Of a DNA stretch of 64,000 nucleotides, positions 12,275-24,802 are shown piece by piece (position 1 is the first letter of the stretch; each line of letters starts with the position of its first letter). Origin of the DNA: Mobula hypostoma (lineage: Eukaryota); NCBI RefSeq assembly GCF_963921235.1, contig NC_086108.1:111168001-111232000 (forward strand), in the 5' to 3' direction. A program made the translations under genes and the position numbers. The notes under the pieces are model-generated. The model was not told where the DNA came from. It saw only the letters and a program-made list of their open reading frames with translations, and searched no databases.

Positions 12275-13690
12275 TAAGACTGTAAAATACAGGAGCAGAA
12301 TTAGGTCATTCGGCCCATCGAGACTGCTCCATTTTTCCATGAAGACTAATTATTATCCCTCTCAACCCCATTAGAAATATAGAAACATAGAAAACCTACA
12401 GCACAATACAGGCCCTTCGGCCCACAATGCTGTGCCGAACATGTCCCTACCTTAGAAATTACCTCGGGTTACCCAGAGCCCTCTATTTTTCTAAGCTCCA
12501 TCTACCTGCCCAGGAGCCTCTTAAAAGACCCTATCGTTTCCGCTTCCACTACCACCGCCGGCAGCCCATTCCACGCACTCACCACTCTCTGCATAAAAAA
12601 CTTACCCCTGACATCTCCTCTCTACCTACTTCCAAGCACCTTAAAACTGCGCCTTCTTGTGTTGCCATTTCAGCCCTGGGAAAAAGCCTCTGACTAGCCA
12701 CACGACCAATACCTCTCATCATCTTATACACCTCTGTCAGGTCACCTCTCATCCTCGGTCGCTCCAAGGAAAAAAGGTCGAGTTCACTCAACCTATTCTC
12801 ATAAGGCATGCTCCCCAATCCAGGCAACATTCTCCTGCCTTCTCCCTGTAACCTTTGACATCCTGACTAATCAAGAACTTATCCACCTCTGCAATAAATA
12901 TACTCAATGACTTATTCCCCATGGCTGTCCGTAGTAATGAATTCCACAGATTCACTACCCTCTGGTTAAAGAAGATCTATAAATCAGCCATGATGGAATG
13001 ACGAAAGAGGGTCGATGGGTCAAATGGCCCAATTCTGCTCCTATGTCTTATGATCAATAGTTGCATCTTTCGAGCTTGTAAATCAAATCATTCCATTAGA
13101 CGCGGGAACATAGAAATAAATGAATAAATAAATAAATAAAATAATTTCCTTTCCAATGTCAGCACATCTCTTCTAAGTTGTGGGGCCCAAACCTGTTCAC
13201 AATACTCCAGGTGAGGCCTCATCAGTGCCTTATAAAGCCTCAGCATCACATCCTTGCTCTTGTATTTTTGACCTCTTGAAATGAATGCTAACATTACATT
13301 TGCCTTCCTCACCACCAACTCAACCTGCAAATTAACCTTTAGGGTGTTCTGCTCAAGGATTCGCAAGTCCCTTTGCATCTCAGATTTTTGGATTTTCTCC
13401 CTGTTTGGAAAATAGTCTGCACATTTATATCTACCACCAAAGAGCATGACCATGCATTTTCCAACATTGTGTTTCATTTGCCACTTTCTTGCCCATTCTC
13501 CTAATCTGTCTAAGTCCTTCTGCATTCTCCCTGTTTCCTCAACACTACCTGCCCCTCCACCAATCTTCATATCATCTGCAAACTTGACAACAAACCCATC
13601 TATTCCATCATCTAAATCAGTTCTAAAAGGATGTCCTTCAATCCTGAAGTTGTGCCCTCTTGTCTTAGAATTCCCTACCATGGGAAATAA
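12275..13690 (-). mobile_element. Nested CR1 LINE 3' fragments
   Basis: Minus-strand peptides KFADDMKIGG, RPHLEYCEQVWAP and RGDLTEVYKMMRG. Confidence 0.8.
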
Positions 13691-13694
13691 CTGA

Positions 13695-14612
13695 CGTGAA
13701 ATTTGTTAACTTAGCAGCAGCAAGTTCAATGCATAGAAGAGAAAAAAGTAATAAATTAAATAAAAAATGATAATAATAATAATAAAGTAAATCAATTACA
13801 GTATACGTATATTGAATAGATTTTTAAAACCTGCAAAAAGCAGAAATATTTATATTAAAAAAGTACGGTAGTGTCCAAGGGTTCAATGTCCATTTAGGAC
13901 CCAGATGGCAGAGGGGAAGAAGCTGTTCCTGAATCACTGAGTGTGTGCCTTCAGGCTTCTGTACATCCTACCTGATGGTAACAGTGAGAAAAGGGCATGT
14001 CCTGGGTGCTGGAGGTCCTTAATAATGGACGCTGCCTTTCTGAGACACTGCTCCCTGAAGATGTCATGGGTACTTTGTAGGCTAGTGCCCAAGATGGAGC
14101 TGACTAGATTTACAACCTTCTGCAGCTTCTTTCGGTCCTGTGCAGTAGCCACCCACCCGCCCCCCCCCACCCCAGGAGGATTGGTATGTGTTCCTTCATC
14201 TTACCCTCCCTGAAATCCACAATCAGCTCTTTCGTCTTACTGACGTTGAGTGCCAGGTTGTTGCTGCAGCACCACTCCACTAGTTGGCATATCTCACTCC
14301 TGTACACCCTCTCATCACCACCTGAGATTCTACCAACAATGGTTGTATCGTTAGCAAATTTATAGATGGTATTTGAGCTATGCCTAGCCACACAGTCATG
14401 GGTATAGAGAGAGTAGAGCAGTAGGCTAAGCACACACCCCTGAGGTGCACCAGTGTTGATCGTCAGTGAGGAGGATATGTTATCACCAATCCTCACAGAC
14501 TGTGGTCTTCTGGTTAGGAAGTCGAGGATCCAATTGCAGAGGGCGGTACAGAGGCCCAGGTTCTGCAACTTCTCAATCAGGATCGTGGGAATGATGGTAT
14601 TAAATGCTGAGC
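13695..14612 (-). mobile_element. Rex1/Babar-type LINE 3' fragment
   Basis: [18 protein letters not shown]...[20 protein letters not shown]...[22 protein letters not shown]. Confidence 0.8.
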
Positions 14613-16800
14613 TATCTGTCCTGCACCTTCCTCATTTTTCCCAGAAACGCACGCCATTGCTGCTCTACTGACATCCTTGCCAACAGCTTCTTCCAATTTA
14701 CTTTGGCCAACTGCTCTCTCATATCACTGTAATTTTCCTTAATGCACTGAAATACTGCTATGTCAGACTTCACTTTCTCCCTATCAAATTTCAAGTTGAA
14801 CTCAATCATATTGTGATCACTGGTTCCTAAGGGTTCTTTTACCTTAAATTCCCTAATCGCCTTCAGTTCATTACATAACACCCAATCCAGTATAGCTGAT
14901 CCCCTAGTAGGCTCAATGACAAACTGTTCCGAAAAGCCATCTCTTAAGGCTGATTTATACTTCTGCATCAACTCAACGCCGTAGGTACGGCGTCACTGTG
15001 ATCCCCACGTGGATCCCTACACCGTAGCCTGATGTGCACCTCTCCCAAAATGTAACTGCGCGTCACAGCAACACAGACCGCAACAGCTGTGATTGGTCCA
15101 CTTGGTAGCATCGCATTTCCTCCTACGCTGCAATAGCTTCCCTCTGGGCGACTGAAGGGCAGGGAAGGAACTCAGGCTGCAATGCTTTCCATAAAGCTTT
15201 ACAGACCTCTGAAATTATGGAGGACACATTTCGCTTTTACTAAAAAAGACACTCGCTTCTTGTTTACCCCGAGAAAGACTACCATGACTATGAAGACTTG
15301 CACGGGCAGGTGTGTGCGCATGCGTGATGTGCCCGAATTGCAGAGCGACGCAGACACGCCAACGCACAAGTATAAATGCTCACAACGCACGTAGGCCACT
15401 TGCGTAGGTTACGGCGTCCATTTGACGCACAAGTATAGATCAGCCATTAGGCATTCAACAAACTCACTCTCCTGAGATCTATAACCAAACTTTTCCCAAT
15501 CGAGTTGTATTTTAAAATCTCCCATGACTATCATAACACTTCCCTTTTGACACGCCTTTTCTAATTCCTGTTGTAATCTGTGGTCCATCTCCCAGCCACT
15601 GTTAGGAGGCCTGTATATAACTGCTGTCAGGGTCCTTTTACCCTTGAAGTTTCTTAATTCAACCCACAAGGATCTTCCGATCCTATGTCACATCTTTCTA
15701 TTGATTTGATGTCATTCTATACCAGTAGAGCCATGCCTCCCCCTCTACCTATCTTCATATCGCTCCAATACAATATGTAACCTTGGACATTCATCTCCCA
15801 ACTACAACCATCTCATTCAGCCACGGTTCAGTGATGGCCACAACATCATACCTGGCAATCTGTAATAGTGCAACAAGGTCATCCACCTTATTTCTTATAC
15901 TCCAAGCATTGAGATACTGTAATTGCTACCCTTTTTGATTTTGTATCCCTAATGCACTGATACTCACCCTGTTGACTGTGACTATGTCCCATCACCTGCC
16001 TTCCCTTCTTGACAATCTGACTGCATGCTATCTTTACTTTTTTACCATCCATCCTATCCTGAGTCCCTTCACTCCAGTTCCCACCCCCCTGCCAATTTAG
16101 TTTAAACCCTCCCCAACAGCTCTAACAAACCTGCCCGTGAGAATATTGGTCCCCCTCGGGTTCAGGTGCAACCTGTCACTTTTGAACAGGTCATACCTCC
16201 CCCAGAAAAGATCCCAGTGATCCAAGAACCTGAAGCCCTGCCCCCAGCACCAGTTTCTCAGCCACGCATTAGTCTGCCAAATCACCCTGTTTCTACCCTC
16301 ACTGGCACAGGCAGCAATCCAGAAATTACTATCTGGGAGGTCCTGCTGCTCAACTTTCTACCTAGCTCTCTAAATTCTCTTTTCAGGACCTCTTTACTTT
16401 TCTTTCCCATGTCGTTGGTACCAATATGTACCAAGACATCTGACTGCTCTCCCTCCCCTTCCAAAATGCTGTGGCCGCGATCCGAGATGTCCCTGACCCT
16501 GGCACGTGGGAGGTAACATACCATCCAGGTGTCCCATTCGCGTCCACAGGATGTCCTGTCTGTTCCCCTCACTATCGAGTCCCCTATCACTATCGCTCCC
16601 TTCTTCTCGCTCTTTCCCTTCTGCACCACGGACCCACGCTCAGTGTCTGTAACCAGGTCGCTGTGGCATTTACCCGGGAGGTCATCCCCCCGCAACAGTA
16701 CGCAAAGCGGTGTACTTATTTTTGAGGGAAATGGCCACAGGAGTTCTCTTCTCTAACTGCTTATTTATATTTCTATTCCTCCTGACAGTCACCCAGCTAC
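14613..16800 (-). mobile_element. CR1 LINE 5' part (ORF1 SGNH/esterase domain + AP endonuclease)
   Basis: VIGDSIVRG, HIGTND and LHLNPRG in ORF1; WVELRN, YRPPNS, PTRGSAILD and LGTSDHNMI in ORF2. Confidence 0.85.
14947..15446. mobile_element. PIF/Harbinger-type MITE, TTA target duplication
   Basis: About 40-bp imperfect TIRs (ggctgatttatacttctgcatcaa / ttgacgcacaagtatagatcagcc); TTA at 14944-14946 and 15447-15449; removing it restores the CR1 sequence ctcttaggcattc. Confidence 0.8.
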
Positions 16801-17289
16801 TTGTGCTCTCGGCGCTCCACCAACGCCTGCTGGCCTGCCTTCTTGACCGTTGGACCATTAATCAGTCTCTACACTCAATCTGCCATGGCCAGACTTCACA
16901 CGCTGGGATAGACAGATCCCCTACTTCACCAAGGGTCAAAGACCCGTCGGCTACCCTCATCTGGTTTGGCCCGTCTGCCGAGACGGTTTACCGGGGTGTG
17001 GCCGCTGCGTGTGCTACAGCTACTTGGAGCCACAGGTGAGAGCTGAGCGCCAGGTGGGGACCAAAGGTGGACCAGCTGCCCTGAAAAAGGGCATGGCAGG
17101 CCCCCCCACCAGAGGTGCTACCCCTCCCTAGACACCCCAAACATCCCAACAAAGCACAAATCATCTGGTTTGTTTGGCGGTAAATGATCGGCTGAGAACT
17201 GGGGAGTGAACGTATCAAGTCTTGAATCCAGCTTTTATTTTATTCAGGTTTATTATCACTGACCTATGTCATGAAATTTGATTTTACTG

Positions 17290-17939
17290 GTTACATGATT
17301 GGAGCATTGGCTGATTGGTAGGAGGCAATGAGTGAGAATAAAAGGACCCTTTTCAGGTTAGCTGCCAGTGACTAGTGGTGTTCTGCAGGGGTCAGTGTTG
17401 GGACCACTGCTTTTTATGCCATGTATCAGTAATTAAGATGATGGAATAGATGTCTTTGTTGCCAAGTTTGCAGATGATACAAAGCTTGGTGGAGGGGCAG
17501 GTAGTGTTGAGGAAACAGGAAGGCTTCAAAAGGACAGACAGATTAGGAGAATGGGCAGCAAAGTGGCAAATGAAATACAATGTTGGAAAATGCATAGTCA
17601 TGCACTTTGGTAGATTAAATAAATATGCAGGCTATTTTCTAAACCCGGAAGAAAATCCAAAACTCTGAGATGCAAAGGGACTTGGGAGTCCTTGTGCACA
17701 AACACCCAAAAGGTTAACTTGCAGGTTGAGTCGATGGTGAGGAAGGCAAATGCCATTTCAAGCAGTCTAGAATACAAGAGCAGGGATGTGATGCTGAGGC
17801 TTTATAGGGCACTAGTGAGGCCTCACCTTGATTATTGTGACCTGTTTTGGGATGCTCATCTCAGAAAAGATGTGCTGGCATTGGAGAGGGTTCAGAAGAG
17901 GTTCACAAGGATGATTCTGGGAATGGAAGGGTTATCATA
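17290..17939 (+). mobile_element. CR1 LINE RT fragment
   Basis: WAAKWQMKYNVGKC, RPHLDYC and ERVQKRFTRMI. Confidence 0.8.
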
Positions 17940-18530
17940 TGTAGTAATATTAGCTGGACTGTTAACTGTTAATTGCTTATTACCAAAATGGCTTCTGGTA
18001 CTGTTAACTGCTGAGCAAGAGGTTCTCTGTAACAGCAATGTTTGGGTTATACCATGTGAAAATGGAAATTGTATTCATTTGCTAGCCAATGGAAGTCATG
18101 TTCTGTTATCTTGTATATGTGTGCTGAGTTGAGGAGCATGGGCTTTTCTGGGAGGCGAGCAGACAGAATGGACGTGTGAGGAACGGACAGCAGTTCCAGG
18201 GCGGCAGATACCGGACCTTGGGGGTTCGGACGGTGGCCGGAGTCTCGGAAGGACGTTGTGGATGGAATCAGAGGCGTGAGCTCCAACGTATTAAAATCTT
18301 ATATTACAAGACTAATAGGTTACTTACGTGGCACCTTTTCTTTTAGTTGTTGCTACTAACCCATCACCAAAATTTGCTACAAAGTATAATTCTTTACTCG
18401 TACTTGGTATATTGTTTGATATCTGTGTCGTGGCTGATCATTGGGTGCCTCACACCGTATCTGCACCAAAGCATTTGCACGGTTTGATGGGGTCAACGGC
18501 TATTCATTCTAGGCAATGGGAGTCAGTTGG
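17940..18530 (+). repeat. 5' LTR (starts TGTA; its last about 15 nt are missing)
   Basis: Colinear with 23626-24241. Confidence 0.85.
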
Positions 18531-21500
18531 GGGGGCTCGTCCGGGATTTGAATTCTGTCGGATACGGGGTAAGTCACCCAGGTTAAATTAGAAGAGCTGG
18601 ACGTGGATAAGATTGAACTTTGGTGTGAGATTGAGGGGGTCCCGGTTACTTATGCCTGCGTATTAAGTGGGGTGGATATACGTACTCCGGACAATGTGTT
18701 AATTCGGTGTTTGAATACGGTCAGAGGTATCAGTAAGGTTGAGATTGTAAGCAGAAAGATTAGTAAAACGGGGTCTCAGCCTTTGTGCTGATACATACGG
18801 TTGCTGACATCAAGGAATTGGGACTGCCGCCGTGTATCGGTGACGTAGGTGAGACAGGTCCATGGGGCGTGCACGCTGTCACGGAGGAAGGGTCTGAAGA
18901 GATACCAGAGGAGTTGCCCAAAACTAGGGGCAGAGATTTTAGAGAGCAGGTCCAATCGTTTTTGAAGGATGAAGGAAGGGAGTAGTCAGATTTGGAGAAT
19001 GTAATTAGTTCTCATTCCCCACAGAAGGGGGAGGGCTCTGAGTTGGCCTCAGCCATTAATTCTTTGGTGAACAGGACGGTGGGTCCACAACAGAAGTTAA
19101 GAACTTTCTCAGGGAGGTCCTCATCCCCGATGGGGAGGATGATTACGAGTCCTGGATAGAACATACCTCTCAGTTGCTAGGTGAGTGGCAGTGTTCTGAG
19201 GAGGAAAAGCTGCAAAGATATGCCGCTGGACCATCGAAGGGAAGATTGGTGGGACCCCGATCCAGCGTGCCGATACGGATCGAGGGGATAGATGCAAAAG
19301 CCATACTCAACACTGGGTCGCAGGTCACATTACTGTACCGGTCGTTCTAAGATCAGTACCTGGCGCATTTACCCCTGACACCTTTCAGTGCACTGGAAAT
19401 CTGGGGTATGATGGTAATGGTGATTATCCGTACGATGGCTATTTGTCTGTGAAACTGGAGTTCCTGGAAGCTGAGGTGGGGGGTCTGAGGCTCATGATGC
19501 CCTGGTAATGGTGTGCCCAGACCCCGGTGAGACTGGGGGAATGTCATTTTGGGTGGGGACCAACACCCCTATTGTGCAGGGACTCCTGGGAACCTGTAAG
19601 GAGGAGGTGGGTGAAGACTTTTTGGAGACCCTGTCAGTGCACCCAGTGTTCCGAGCTGCTTTTGAGGAAGCGTGGGGTCGCCCTGGGCTGGAAGTGATGT
19701 GTGAACGAGGTAGTGTGTGGTGTGCACAGTCGAAGCCCAGGGCGGTGCGGCCGGGTGAAACAGCGAGAGTGGTGGGGATCCCCAGATTCCCGGGGGTGCT
19801 TGACGGTGAAGCCCTTCTAGTGGACACCCCGGAAGATCTCGAGGGGGAGTCGAGATTCCCGGTTGGGGTGCTGGTGAGACCCGAGTTGCAGAGGCCCTCA
19901 GTGGTACAGGTATGCAGGCTAGTGGTGATCGTCAGGAACACTACTGTGTGGGAGGTCACCTTTAAGCGAGGAATGCCTCTGGCGCATTTGTTCCCGATGA
20001 CGGTGGTGCATAGCAACCCCCGTGAGGCCACTTGGGGGAGAGCTGTTGGGAAAAGGGCCTGAGTTGACTGCTGAAGCTTTTAACTTTGGGGCATCACCTG
20101 TACCGGAGGCTGGAGGAGAAGATGTTGACAATGACAGATGTTTTTTCCCTTGATGAGTTTGATGTGGGTTGTTCCAGGAGCACTCGCCACACCATACGGG
20201 TGACTGAGGATACTCCGTTTAGAGAACGATCACAGCGACTGGCCCCTGCAGATGTGGAAGACATGCAGCAGCATTTGTGTAAGTTGAAGGAGGCTGGGAT
20301 CATCCCAGAGTCCTGAAGCCCCTATGCGTCTTCCATCATAGTGGCCAGGAAGAAGAATGGGAAGGTTTGTACATGTGTGGATTACAGAACACTGAACAGG
20401 CTCACGCTCCCAGTTCACAACACGGTCCCCCGGGTTGAAGACACGCTGGCCTGTCTGAGTGGGGCAAAGTGATTTAGCGTGCTGGATTTGAGGAGTGGTT
20501 ATTACCAGATCCCGATGAGTGAGGCCGATAAGGAGAAGATGGCCTTCATTTGCCCTTTTGGGATTTTACCAGTTCGAAAGGATGGGGCCCCTGCCACCTT
20601 CCAGAGGGTCATGGAGAAGACAGTGGAGGATATGAACCTGCTCCAAGTGCTAGTATATTTGGATGACCTCACAGTATTTGGATCCACATTGGAAGAACAT
20701 GAAGCGAGACTAATGAAGGTGATCAACTGGCTGAAGCAGGAAGGGTTAAAACTTTCCCTGGACAAGTGCCAGTTCTGCCAGACATCTGTTAGCTATGTTG
20801 GACACATTGTCTCATGGTATGGAGTAGCTACAGACCCAGCTAAGATCGATGTGGTGACCACCTGGCCGAGGCCCCAGACTGAGTGCTATGCACTCGATCC
20901 TGGGGTTCTGTGGATACTATCGAAAATTTGTGAAGGGCTACGCCAAGGTGATTCATCCCTTGAACCAGCTTCTGCATGGCTACCCTCCCCTGGGACAGAG
21001 GGGAAAGGGAGGAAAGGACAGGAGGTGGGAGGATATTTGAACCTGTCAGAGCCCTTTGGATAGAGATGGGATGACCAATATGAAGCGGCTTTCCAGTCAC
21101 TGAAGGAGATGCTGACTCAGGTGCCGGTGCTGGCTTTTGCAGACCCCCGATCGCCCTATGTGCTGCACACTGATGCCAGTCATGAGGGGTTAGGGGCTGT
21201 TTTATATCAGGATCAGGGCGCTGGCCTGAGGCCTGCAGCATTTGTCAGCTGGAGTTTGTCGCCTTTGGAGAGAAACTACCCCACTCACAAGTTGGAGTTC
21301 CTGGAGTTGAAATGGGCGGTGGCGGATAAGGTGAGTGACTGTCTCTACGGGGCCAAGTTTGAGGTGAGGAGAGACAACAACCCGCTCACCTACATCCCGA
21401 CCTCGGTGAAATTGGATGCCACAGGCCATCGGTGGCTGGCAGCTTTGTCTTCATATGATTTCAGCCTGAAGTACTGGCCGGGGAGCCAGAATGTCGATGC

Positions 21501-23625
21501 GGATGCGCTATCCCGACGGGGCCATGAGGAGCCGGGGAAGGACGAGGAGTGGGAGAGTGTTCCTGCATCCGGGGTGAAGGCAATGTGCCAGTTTGCTATC
21601 ACCGTGCAGGCTGAGAAGAAGGAGAGGCCAGATCGAGCAGTGGACTCACTGGGGGCATCCGATGATGCTCTGCCCCTAGTGTACTGTGACATGACTGCTC
21701 TGAAGACCGGGCAGCTGCCGGGGTTAAGCCCTGGGGAAGTAGCCGCTGCGCAGCGAGATGACCCGGACATAGGCCCGGTCTGGCATGCCGTGGCAGAGGG
21801 GGACGTGACAAGGGCGGAGAAGGCTAAGCACGGTCCCGTATCCCTGTTACCAAGAGAATGGTGTTGTTTGAGGTTGAAGAACTGAATGTTATACCGGGTA
21901 ACATCACTCACGGATCGACCTCAGTGTTGGCAGCTGGTCCTGCCGGAGAAGTATCGGAGGGTTGTGTTGAAGTCCCTCCATGATGACTCTGGACATTTGG
22001 GGTGGAAAAGACCTACGGATTGCTCAAGGATCGGTTTTACTGGCCCTGAATGAGGACGGAGGTTGAAGAGTACTGCAAGTCCTGCATTCGTTGCATACGG
22101 TGGAAGACGCTGCCTGGGCAGACTGCCCCTTTGTCCCACTTGCAGAGTGCGTGGCCTTGGGACCTGGTGTGTATGGATTTCCTGTCCATAGAACCCGATG
22201 CCAGCAACACGGTGAATGTCTTGGTCATTATGGACCACTACACCAGGTATGCTCAAGCTTTTCCTATCAAGGATCAGAGGGCGACTACAGTGGCGAAAGT
22301 GCTATGGGAGAAGTATTTTGTGCATTATGGCCTTCCTCAGCGGATACACAGTGACCAGGGACGAGATTTTGAGAGTAAACTCATCTATGAGTTGCTGGGT
22401 ATGCTGGGGGTTGAGAAATTAAGGACCACACCCTATCATCCGCAGGGTGATCTCCAACCGGAAAGGTTCAATTGGACGCTGCTAGACATGCTCGGGACTC
22501 TGGAAATCAGCAAAAGGAATCGATGGAGTCGACATATTGGGCATCTGGTTCACTGTTACAACTGTACACGCATCGAAGCTACTGGCTACTCGCCCTATTA
22601 TCTTATATTTGGGCGCGAGACAAGGTTGCCCATTGACCTTTGTTTCGGGACTGATGCGGGTGAGGTGTCACCGATGCCTTACTTGAAGTATGTGTCTGAT
22701 ATGAGGAAAGAACTGAAAAGAGCTTACGAGTTAGCCGGGGAGGCAGCTGCCCGGCAGAATCAGGGAAATAAGAGGAGGTATGACCAGAAAGTATAGTTCT
22801 CTCAGCTCCTACCGGGAGACCAAGTCCTCATTAGGAATCTGGGATTAGCGGGAAAACACAAGCTGGTTGATCGCTGGGCAGCCACGCCCTATGTGGTGGT
22901 GAGTCAGATGCCAAACCTACCGGTTTTCCGGGTGCAGCCCAAGGATGGAAAGGGGCCTGTCAAGATTCTCCATCGGAATCACCTGTTGCCCCTGGGGCAA
23001 GATGTGCAGGTAGAGCAGGAGCCTGATAAGGCAGCTGCACCCAATCACCCAATACCAGGACTCTGCGTCCCCACAGGGTGGAGGACGTGCCTACCCCGGG
23101 AGAGACGGGCCCGGGCCCAGCCCCTGTGAAGGACACTGATTCGGAGGATGATGACTGGGATGATTGGTACATTCTGCCATTCGCTGATGCTCCCGTGATG
23201 GAGGAAGAGACTCCTGGCCTTTCCCTCACTGGGTTAGACAGGGTAAGAGGGGCTAGTGAGGGGCAGTCCGTGGTACTGCAGGGCGCTGAAGGAGAGGTGT
23301 AGGGCCTGAACCAGAGATTGAGGGTTCCGAGGTGCAGAGGGGCTCGGGTGACCGCTCAGGGGAGAGTTCACCTCATAGTTTCAAAGGGTCCCCTATAGTG
23401 TCCGAAGCGGAAGAGTTAGACGAGGGGGTACATAGGTCACAGAGAAGTCAGAAACTCCCAGAGAGATTGGCCTATGTAGCACCCAGGGAACAAGGTGTGA
23501 TCTCAACTGTTCTGGGGAGTCAGATCACTGCTTTCTGCCTGTGGATTGGGCTGTGTGTTCTGCAGGAAGGGATGGCGAATTATCTTAGTGTCATGAGGGC
23601 ATGACTTATTTCGGTGGGGGGAGAA

Positions 23626-24241
23626 TGTAACATTCTCAGTAACATTCGCTGGACTGTTATCTGTTAATCGCTTATTGCCAAAATGGCTTTTCGTACTGTT
23701 AACTGCTGAGCAAGGGGTTCTCTGTAACAGCAATGTTTGGGTTATACTTAGCGATAATGGAAATTGTATTCATTTGCTAGCCAATGGAAGTCACGTTCTG
23801 TTATCTTGTATATGTGTGCTGAGCTGAAGAGCGTGGGCTTTTTCGGGAGGCGAGTGGAGAGGACAGACGCGCAGAGAATGGACAGCGGTTCCAGGGCGGC
23901 AGACACCGGACTTCAGGGGTTCGGTTGGTGGCCAAAGTCCCGGAAGGACGTTGTGGACGGAATCAAAGGTGTGAGTCCAACGTATTAGAATATTATGTGC
24001 ACAGGACTGATTAGTTACTTATGTGGCGCCTTTTCTCTTAGATGTTGCTACTAACCCATCACCAAAATTTGCTGTAAAGTATAATTCTTTCCTCGCACTT
24101 GGCATATTATTTGATATTTGTGTCGTAGCTGATCATTGGGCGCCTCGCACAGTATCCGCACCTAAGCATTTGCACTGTTTGGCGCGGTTGATGGCTATTC
24201 ACCCTAGGCAACGGGAGTCAGTTGGGACAAAGGCCGTTACA
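23626..24241 (+). repeat. 3' LTR (TGTAAC...GTTACA)
   Basis: Terminal inverted hexamer; preceded by polypurine tract ggtggggggagaa. Confidence 0.9.
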
Positions 24242-24802
24242 ATTAGAAAGAGATGACATAAGATTGGAAGGTGTAGAGTCTCTATGGGTTGAGATAATGT
24301 CACGATAATCGTTATGGCTTTTAACATGAAAGTGGATTGAGAAAACCAGGTTTGTACTGGAACTCGAGAAAGAATTTATAGAATTTCTAAGGGATGGCTT
24401 TTTAGAACAGCTTGTTGTTGAGCTCACTAGCGGATCGGCAGTGCTGGAATGGGTGTTGTGCAATGATCCTGAGGTGATAAGAGAGCTTAAGGTTAAGAAA
24501 CCCTTAGGGAACAGTAATCACAATATGATTGAGTTCACATTGAAATTTGAGCGGGAAAAAATAAAATCCAGTGTCAGTATTCCCATGGAATGAAGGAAAT
24601 TACAATGGCATGAGAGGGGAACTGGCCAAAGTTGACTGGAAATGGACGTTTGCAGGAAGGACAGCAGAGCAGCAATGGCTGGAGCTTCTGTGAAAAATGA
24701 GAGAAGTGCAAGACAGATATATTCCAAATAAGAAGAATTTTTCACAGGAAGGAAGGACACTACTGTGGCTGACAAGTGAAGTCAGAGCCAAAGTAAAAGC
24801 AA
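24242..24802 (+). mobile_element. CR1 LINE endonuclease fragment
   Basis: Colinear (with deletions) with the CR1 at about 62655-63325. Confidence 0.8.

Larger units (their letters stand above)
17940..24241 (+). mobile_element. Gypsy/Ty3 LTR retrotransposon (degenerate; PNMA-like gag, PR, RT, RNase H, IN)
   Basis: Two related LTRs; PBS 18531-18552; PPT 23613-23625; LNTGSQVT (PR), LDLRSGYYQ and YLDD (RT), TDAS and DALSR (RNase H), HSDQG and TTPYHPQG (IN). Confidence 0.93.
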
